NCBI GenBank assembly: GCA_040954595.2
Contig: CM082580.2
Coordinates: forward strand, 10,518,390-10,582,389
Source of the DNA: Balanoglossus misakiensis
Lineage: Eukaryota; Animalia; Hemichordata
DNA: 64,000 bases
Direction of reading: 5' to 3'
Shown here: positions 54,680 through 64,000 of the stretch, piece by piece
Numbering within the stretch: the first letter of the stretch is position 1
How the letters are laid out: every line of letters starts with the position of its first letter
Translations under genes and position numbers: made by a program
The notes under the pieces: model-generated
The model's input: only the letters and a program-made list of their open reading frames with translations
What the model was told of the DNA's origin: nothing
The model's database searches: none

Positions 54680-55018
54680 CTTTTTATGTCGTGCGGAGCG
54701 GAAGTCCTGGTCATTACCACGTGCAAATGCGTACACGGGTGGCAATGTTTACCACTGTGATCTTTTTCCGCGGGTGATAACATTTTTTCATAGGGCTTGA
54801 CTCGATAGGAATTGTGTGCTAGTATCAAGTCGTCAAATTTTGCGTCGGCGTGGAAGGTGACAAACGATCTGCCGACATCCACAGGACAATTGAAAGCCAC
54901 GCCTTCACGCGCGTCAGCCAATCAGAGGCTGCGTACGGTGTGAGGGCGTCTATTAAAACGTATGTTTCCAACGATATTGTTTTTGTGACGTCATGCATTC
55001 GTGTCCAGTGTGACGTTA
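54680..55018 (-). promoter_or_regulatory. Putative promoter of the peptide precursor: TATA-like, CCAAT and CRE elements
   Basis: CATAAAAAG on the minus strand (54688-54680), half-CRE CGTCA (54912) next to CCAAT (54918), perfect CRE TGACGTCA (54986-54993) and CRE-like TGACGTTA (55011). Confidence 0.5.
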
Positions 55019-58000
55019 CTAGAAGTCAAGTGGAGGTAGTTTTGTGGATTTAACATGTTGTAAACAGGGACGGACAGCAAACAACCGATCGCAATACTAT
55101 ATACAAATATAGAGTGAAGAACAGACAGGCATTGTCTTCGCAGTTCCATTATAGAGTCAGTTGATGTAATCTAGCCAATGGATCGCGCACAAAACCACTC
55201 GGCTGTGCTCTCAACCCTTGATAAACAGTGAAATCAAAACTGAGAAAGAGGAATACATGTTTAACACTAATATTGACAAGGCATCCCCTCTTGACACGGG
55301 ACGTCTCCAAGAGCATCTCACCACTCCGTCAAATGCATGATTCAGTTAAAACAACCACCGTTTGGGCTTGTGTTCACCGCGATACGGATGAGAAAAGAGA
55401 GAAGACATCCTTTCGTACTCACCCGTGCTTTTTCATTAGCGCAGGAGAACACAGTGTCACGATAGAAAAAAAAACCCGCAAAGGTTAGCACTTGCGTTAA
55501 CTTTAACATTTTTACCCTCGATTTTTGTATTCGATACAAGAGAAAATAAAGGAAGTTGAAGTTTACACAAGATATCTACACGCAAACAGGAAAGGGAGTC
55601 TTTTTACATCAACTTACACCTGAAATGAATATCAGTCAATGATTTTTTGAAAGCGTCTGACTGACAGATACTTTGTCTCCCTGCGAACGATTTACACTCG
55701 ATTATAGCCGCGGGGTCTCCTTACAAAATGTGCACGTAACGGCTCGAAAAGCTCAGATATCGTAAATCTTCATAGAATCTGGGATTATATGAACTGCGTC
55801 GTTCAGCGACAGCGGCGATTGATTTGCCATTTGGAATATAATCGCAAATGTATTTCGATTATGTTATTTTCGTCGGTACGAAGCAGATGATGTTAGCTCG
55901 GGTATAACGGACCTCTGCAGACTTGCCCAATTTATGGAAACATTAAAACGCACATTTGTTGCTAAACGGTGTGTGCTGATGATTTGTTTTTTCTCTTAAG
56001 GCATAATAGTCCACACCAATTGCCAGCGAATCAAGGGTGACTAAATGTATTTTTCTTTATGGAATACAGTCGTTAATATTGACATTATTTGAATTATTTC
56101 ATGTTGATAGGCTATTTTTTTTTGTTATATTGTTTAACCCGTTCACCGTCATGGTTTGGTCCAAATCCATTGTTTTCCACGGTAAAATTAGACCTCTGTA
56201 AAGGAACCTGGGTGGGGGGGGGGGGGGGCTTAAAGCAACTTCAGTTCGACCGTCTCCAAATGTTCAATTCTATGACAAAACGCGTGGATCAGTTATTCGG
56301 ATGTGGAAACTGCGATCAATCGCGATATACATTAAGGGTAAAATCGAAGGAGTGTTACACCATTTGAAAATCGTTGCGCCATTCGCCGGGAAGACATTTT
56401 CATGCCAATTCTGACACGCCTTGGCCTCGTTTATGCTCGGAAGTCATCGGTTGTGTAGCAGTAAGCCTTGAACTCGGCGTCACCGCCACAACAGTAAATT
56501 ACACAGTGTCCATGACCGTGCCCTGGTGCAATAAAAAAAAGCGACACGCACAGACTTTTAATCGATGTCGACGCCACGCGAATGAAACGTTTGCATAACT
56601 GTCGAGAATGGATGGGCTTCGCTCAGGCTGTCAAGCCTAGGAAGCAATGGCTTGAATTATTTTGCTCCTCATTGTTTCTGTGGACGGGACTAAGGTAACC
56701 TAGGTAACGAGGACTAGTAACACAAGCTCATTGGATTGGAAGGGTGGGTGTTTGGGTGGATGGATGGATGGACTGATGACTGACTTACTTTATACGTACG
56801 TACTTACTGATTGGATGGATTGCATAATTAACTGCGCTTTCTACATTAGTACGTTGCGTAACTGCTTTCTATTTTTAAAAACAGTACAAACGTGTTTACA
56901 TCACCTTTCGACGAATTTCAAGTGGACATCGTGTGTTGTTTCCAGCGACTTTGAGGGATTCGGTGTATTTATCGAATGAATAACAATCGTCTGCGACAAG
57001 ATTCAGTAACAGTGTTTGCATTTGAGCGGCAGGATTCTATGAATAAGTGTAGTAGCGCTCTGGAACTTGGCTTCCACTACGTCAATCAAGCAATTAGTAG
57101 TGGGCCATTTTACTTGCTATGCCTTAACTCCGCTCCGTTGCGTTGTGTGTGTCTTCCACTAGGGTAGATAAGTGTGTTAACCATATGCATTAGTCAGTGT
57201 TTTACGGAAGTTGGAGTCATTTGCATATCTGCCACCCACATCATTGTTTTTCAGATGAGTGAAACTGCGTAATGCTTTATTTTTTCCGGTTGAGTATTAT
57301 CCTAACACCAAGACTTGACTAATGGTGGACAATCTACTAGGGTAGTTAAATCTCTCACTGTTGGCACAATCGACATACATATATATACATCCTCTCGCAC
57401 AATATCCTATGGCAGAATAGTGTACAAGGTAAAGCGAAGGGATTGCCGTTTCCTAGAGAATAGTAAAATCTATAATTATAATAGTATCGCAGTAAAGTGT
57501 TGTCCGCGATATTACTAAATACCGTATACACTGAACATATAGTGCGACTTTTTCCTCTGTGTAGTTTGAGGAAAGAAACTACTGTGTTGTCATTCGCTCT
57601 CTCGCCAAAGACACACCAAGACCTCTATCATGCATCCGATTCGAGTCCAGTGTACTTTGATGACTTCCGTGTATGTTTTATACTAAACGCAACGTTTTCG
57701 AGAGACGGCACCCGATGTCAGGGTCAAAATTCCCCGGCGGTGCCAATACAAATCCCCAATTCAGCGTCAGAAGTCACATGGTGAACACCCACGGTTTGGA
57801 TCAGAAGCACACAAAAAAACATCCACTCCCCGAGCGATTATTGCTCGCTGACGTCCTGCCTAATGGAGTAATTGTTCGTCGTCCTTCACAGCTATCGCCG
57901 TTTACATGGAAGTGAAAGATTTAATTTCGCCCAATTCCCCCGTTCCGTGGGCCACTACAAAGCCGGTGTCAATTTCTCTCAAGTGCGAAATCATCTCGGA

Positions 58001-61000
58001 TCGATCCACTTACACAGTCAAGCTCGGTCCATTGTTCTGTCAATGTCAGTGTCAATGGACAGTATAGAAAACTGATTGAAACCCCCATTCAATAAACAAG
58101 CTAACGCACTCATATTTGAAACCTACATGTCAAAGAAAGATGAATAGAAGGTCATTCAATAAAAAACTACATTTTGAATGCGGGCATTTTGTTATGTATT
58201 AGCTGATCCAGTAAATAAGACACATTTGAGTTATAACGCTATCAATGGAAGAAATCGGTATTGTCCCTCTGAATGATGAAATATTCTTGAATCTTAAATC
58301 GAGAACGATTGATAACAACGCTCTTATTGAAGAACCCGTGGTACTTAAAATGGAACTTTTCCCTTCGCCTAACCAAGTGGACTGCCCCATGGTCTTTCAA
58401 TTTCCTATTTCCTGTCAAGGTTCTCGCGCCGTTCTTTCCTCAAAGGATACATTTCTTTTGACAGTTGTCGTGTCTTCTTACTATTTGAGTGTAAAGTGTG
58501 GCTTGTCAATGAATTGTATTCAATACAGCTTATGCTCTCTTGCACGACGACACGACTATGACAAGGTCAAGTATGCTTTCAACAGCTATAAAATATTTTA
58601 TTCTTAGGCCAAACAGGTAAATGTGATATGAATATTTTGAGCTGCATAAACTATCAAAACATTTTCTCAGCAGCCATTAATGCCCATACGTCATCAATGC
58701 GTTGATCTTTTAAAACAAAAAGGAGCCAATCACAGAACGTTGTTTTAACGTGTACAAAGTGCAAGTGGATCAGAATGTAGGCCTAAGTTAACTCCAAAAT
58801 AATCATTTTGATGTTCTGTTTAGGTTTCTTATGAAACGGTCTGGAAAGCAAGCTGAAACTCAGCATCCCATATTCAAATGTTGTATTGTTTTTACACGTG
58901 ACTACACTTCTACATGTACAACACCAAGCTATTGAATTATTCTAAAACCTGAAAATTTACAGTTCAGTTCTTTTGTAAATGATATTTTGCTGGCCACTGT
59001 TACACGAATCGCCACTTCAGCAACCCTCCAACCTTCAAGCCATCCAATTGTATCAGATGGTGCCCACGACACCATCAAGGATGTGCCATCTGAATCTCGC
59101 CGTGTAGATCCTGTCCAAGTACATCTACTCGAAAGGACTTACAGCACGACGATGTCTACTATCAACCACTCCGGCTTCACAGTGGAACTGTTTCTCACCC
59201 CTACTTAAGTATTCACACATCTCCGTGAAGATTTGAAAAAAAAACAATGCTAAGAATTCTTGTGAAAGGATATCTTATACTCTCACACCGCATGCATATG
59301 CCACGGCTTTTAAATGCTGCTTATGACTGTCCTAATTCCTAATTTGATTAACATCATGTATTTCAAAGTCGTTGAAGTTTATCGAAAATCTTGTTTTTGT
59401 GAAACAGTAACACTTCCCTTTAGGCCTCAGAAATTTGAGAACCGCTATAACTGATGTGCATTGGTAGAAATCAGAAGTTTGTTGGCACATTACTCCTCTG
59501 TAAGTTTAACGCTCACTTGAAGAAATGCTTTCCGGTTGAACACCATCTGTACAAGAAACGAGGTGTTCTCGACAGAGAAATCCCGATCCAAGATGCGTTG
59601 CGGGTTAGTTTACCACAGAATAGAGATCGTTACCCTGCGGTGAGTCTATTAGAACCGCTAAATCGCTGATTCCCTATTTACAATGCATATGACTCCCGTA
59701 TCATTTTACTCTTTGCAATCTGTATCGCGTTGCCACGAATCTCTTTATTGTAAACTAAAAGAGTTGGGTGTTTTTTGAGGTGCTTGTCACTATACTCTGC
59801 TGTCAGAGAAATTGACCCGATCTCTGATGCCTGTCTGGCCCGGCCCTTCAGATCAGCAGTAGCTCATTATAGACAAAAATGAGATCACAAAACTGTGCCG
59901 CGAAAATAAAATCTGACGTGCTTCATTTAAACATTTGAAGGTGAAATTTTGAATCGTTTCTCACTCACAGAATGATCCCCAAGTGGAGGTCGTTTGAAAC
60001 GCATATGGGGACCACATCCGTTCATCTGCAGTAACACTTATCAAGTGGATTTTTAAAAAAATCAGGCCATCTAAACCAGTATAAATCACAAAATACTGAT
60101 ATCCGGACGAACCTGCCTCATCACGGTTGATGATTTTTTTTCAGGGGATGGCGGCAGTGGAAAGAAAATATATAGCTTAATTTTGTATGATTTCGCATGA
60201 TTGATTGCTCGTAGAGTTACACTTTCGGAATAGCTTTGTATGGCACGTGTACAAGTAACACATGTCTAATTCGCCCTCTGCGTGATATAGTTTTATGGTA
60301 TTTTCCCCTGTTTACTTTTCACACACAATGCATTTTTTGATGTGATTGACCGGAACTGTCGCAGTCAAATTTAACAAGAAAGACGCTCTTGATACGATTT
60401 AATGAGGTTGTATTTTGTGCTCTTAAAGCTGCAGTTAAACGCGATTTTCAAATTTGGATCAGATAATCGGCAGTGTGGACGGACGCGAAAGTTAAAATGC
60501 CCACTGAACAGGAAATCCAATATGTTAAAGTAAATCAAAGCTGTGTTACTTTGCCATCGCTGCAAATGGTTAGAGGGCGACCGTTTACATTGTCGACTGC
60601 GAGGATAATAGCCTACTAAACCATCCTGCATCTTGAACTCAATTCTCTGAAAGTTGTACGCGATGACATGAATTTATCTGTGCCGGCATAACGATTTGTC
60701 CGTTTACGGCAAAACATCGCAAAATTGTGTTGTCGCTTGGAGTATCAAATGTGTATGTACCAATTCACTGATAAATGAAATTTACTCATACACCTCCCCA
60801 TCCCTCACCCGATGCATAACGCATACTGCATAAAGGTTAAGTATTTACTCCCATGTGGAATCGTGCTGATTTACTCGTGTCGCCACTTGTGAACATGATC
60901 TTACTGTGGATTTCCGTGTATTTGAAGTTCGGAAAGTTAGGATCATAAGTGCCCTCTCCTTCCCGAAAACAAGTCATTATGACCTGAAGATGTTCCCTTC

Positions 61001-64000
61001 ATTTGCACGTGGTTTCTTGAAGGCCGGAACAAGGCGCCTCTCTTTCTCTTTTACCCGATCGGAAGGTGCTGAGGAGATAAATCCGCCTGGAACCTAATGA
61101 ATTCACTAGGAACGCCCCACTATTCTCGTTGTTGTGACTTTCCATACCAATAACCCTACTTGCCTGCCTGCTTGCCTGCGAGTGCGAAACGTAACTAGTA
61201 ACCAGACTACTGTTCCCCCAGTTCTCAGAGAGGCTAGCGGCCCAGCTGCTGATATCTTACAAAGCATACACAGATTTTATGATTTCTCCGTTTGGCGTTG
61301 ATTTACGAAATATCGGCGGTGAACTTTGTCTGAGTGAATACTCATCATACCGTGCCATACTCTCATAATGGGCGTTAATGCCCCCACTTTCCTTTTATGG
61401 CATTCCCAAACGCCAAGCAGGTAAATCATACCCTCAGGCGCGGCCCTATATATACAGCATCACTATGGTGTGTTTGTTTTTGAGGGGGGGGGGGGTCTGC
61501 CTCGATAACCGGTAATAATGAAGCAAATTGTGTAATCATTATCTTTGTTTAAGTCCGATGATTTTCACTGGCAAGTTGATTTTTTTCTTTTCACTTTCAA
61601 GTCTGACCCATCACAATACGCAATTCAACTAAAGAAACTTCACATCACATCAATCATGTTTTCACTTAAATATTTTCCATTAAGAAGACTAATCGTGTGT
61701 CTGCCTGCCTCCGAAATTGAAATATGTGCGGCCAAGAAGCTATCATCCCATTGAAGGAATCGCAGTTGCGCCCACCCATTGTTAAGTGCGTTTGCTCCAC
61801 TGAGCAAACACCATAAAAGCAACAGGTAATTTCCGTGCGCGATTTATGTATCGCGCGCATATGCAGCGCCGCATCTGGGACGTGCGTCCTATTCAATAGA
61901 ACCTGCCGACGATCATTGCCTTCGTGAACGCATCTGGCAGATCTGCGCGATGCGACGCGTGAAATGACGATCTGCGAGTCGGATTACTAAGGTATCTCAT
62001 AGGTGTAATTTCAGCTTTGTTTTCAAAAGGAACGTTGACTTGCGAAATATTTGATCGGTGCATCAAGAAGCTGCGTTTGCGGCAATTACGCGCCATTAAA
62101 AAGAAAGAACGGCACAAGGGGTCAGAGTTCAACACCGGCAACGCTGCATTAGCAAGAAAAGCAGAAAAAAAATTCACAGCCTCGCTAGACTTCAATATAA
62201 AATTACCGAAACTTACAGACGTTAGTAAAAAAGAAGTCGCGGTATTCACTGGGGAAGAGGCGACAATAAGAGTTTATAGACGCCTCTCCTATTTCCATGT
62301 TGGGTAATGTGAAAATCATCAAAAGGCTCGGCGATGTTCTCCCATGGCGGTATTTCGGAATGTTCAAAGGGAACACGCGTGGAAACGAGGCAGAATCGGG
62401 ATTAGTACTTGACAGAATCCTTCTACGGTGAATATACCCTACTTCAGCGCAGACTCGTCTTTTCCCAAATAGCTCACACTGATATGCCTGGGCGATTTCT
62501 GTGTTAAAATTAGGTACGCATTTTGTGTATTTTGTTCTACAACGCATGCTGGTGGCTCACCGATCTGCCTACGGATGCAAGCCCCCTCTGTAGTGTACGT
62601 GAGAGTCATCGTGCGCGAACATTACCATGAAAAGATGGGAGATTATCAGAAGCTGGCCATGCCAGGGCGTCTAATAACATTCGCAGACTAGACATTGGTG
62701 AGTTTAATTTGCAAAATGTATGCAGCAATAACAAAGCAGCGAAAAGGGAAGAAATCGTGTACCGCTTTACATCCATCTGTGGTCGACCAAAGTTTACCAT
62801 TGCAGAGATAATGGAAGTTCAACTGGACACGATAACTGGATAATAAACCACATTAAAAAATTGTTAGTTAGAGTCACGTACCTTAGATATGAACAGGCAC
62901 TGCAAACGTCTTTTTAGAACAACCAGAAGCAAAAACGCGTCCTATTGAAGCAATACTACGGACAGAGAATGGCGTTGGCGAGCTTATCCTAAACGATGCA
63001 TGCACAGATATTGGAAATGCGGTGCTCAGAACGCCAACTGCAAGGATACCCTTCAGCGCTAGACGACACAAGAAAGGCTAAGCTAGCTTTGACAGTCCGA
63101 TAAAATAGCAATAAACGCTTCCCCGGAGAGAATCTCGGTATTAATCAAAGCGCGTGATTACTTTGGAAACACCCCCTTTGCCCCGCCCAATGGCAGAGTG
63201 GATTTTCGTCTCCAGCCCCCCCCCCCTCAATTTTGTAATAATACAACAGTATTCTAATAATATTGCAAAGGGAATCACGCTTATGTATTTTACAGTATTA
63301 CAGCATTCGAACTACCGAAGTTCACGTTCGACATCAGTGAAGCAAATATTGGTCACGGAGATAATATTTTTGATAATTTATTATGTTAACAAGTGGTATC
63401 CTATAGCTAAATGTAGTCCTTTGCACCCGGCTAGCCGCGGCAACGATTGATAGACATTGCGATATTTGGGATTTCTACGGCGAGATTGATGGATATTTGC
63501 AGCTTTGTGACATTTGGCGAGGAAAACAAATACAAGCAGGTTGATTTATTAAACGCAAACTTTTCTCCAAAGAAGATTATCAATGATGGTTGTCACGAAA
63601 AAGGGGTAGCAGCGCACCCTCTTTCCTATTGGCTGCTCATTTAATGAATATTAATCAAGGTGTGATTTAAGGACGGTGCACGTGATCCACGGGAGAGATA
63701 TATTCGCCAGCCGCGTCCAACCTCGTAAAAGATCCCTTCGCTTGATTGTGCCAAGAATTTACCCGACCGTAACATACTATAGTTCCCGGCAATCGTGCTG
63801 TTCTCACACACTGCGCATGTATACTAGCACTGACAAAATGTGACGAAAAGTCACGTATAGTTCTCTTTAACAGCCGGCTTCTGTTATTAAAGAGGTGTCT
63901 ATGTGGGGAAAATAGAAATGTGACCAGCATAAAATCTACAGAAACAAAATATCATAAACACAAAGCCCGTCTTCCCGTAAGAATGTACAGCGAGTTTAGA

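Noticed and set aside
58199-58390. LRR-like VLDLRFKNISS on the minus strand
   Set aside because: Single imperfect repeat surrounded by stops.
56612-59640. Possible plus-strand gene: signal-like exon 56612-56694, X-box-like GTAACCTAGGTAAC at 56695, exon-like 59474-59639
   Set aside because: Could not build a phase-consistent model or find a recognisable domain.

Overview
Intron-rich animal genomic DNA, AT-rich with several microsatellites. Gene content suggests a marine invertebrate, possibly an ambulacrarian (hemichordate/echinoderm); this is inference only. Splicing GT-AG exons by hand gives, in order: (1) the 5' part of a minus-strand single-pass receptor with cadherin-like, Ig and EGF modules that runs off the window start; (2) a GPI-type Ly6/uPAR three-finger protein; (3) a 4-exon orphan with a Ser/Lys-rich tail; (4) three intronless SLC35G/EamA transporter genes, two from a recent 1.8-kb tandem duplication, plus a fourth 3'-half fragment; (5) a 15-exon white-like ABCG transporter head-to-head with (6) an 8-exon ST8Sia sialyltransferase; (7) a 136-aa orphan preceded by two identical ISRE-like elements; (8) a 7-exon secreted cyanophycinase-like S51 peptidase with an intact catalytic triad and CphB-type arginines, the stand-out finding and a candidate bacterial gene acquired by an animal; (9) a six-cysteine peptide precursor with a CRE/CCAAT promoter. 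The remainder holds a Penelope-like relic, a 38-bp hairpin and unresolved decayed sequence. All family calls come from motif recognition; no searches were run.
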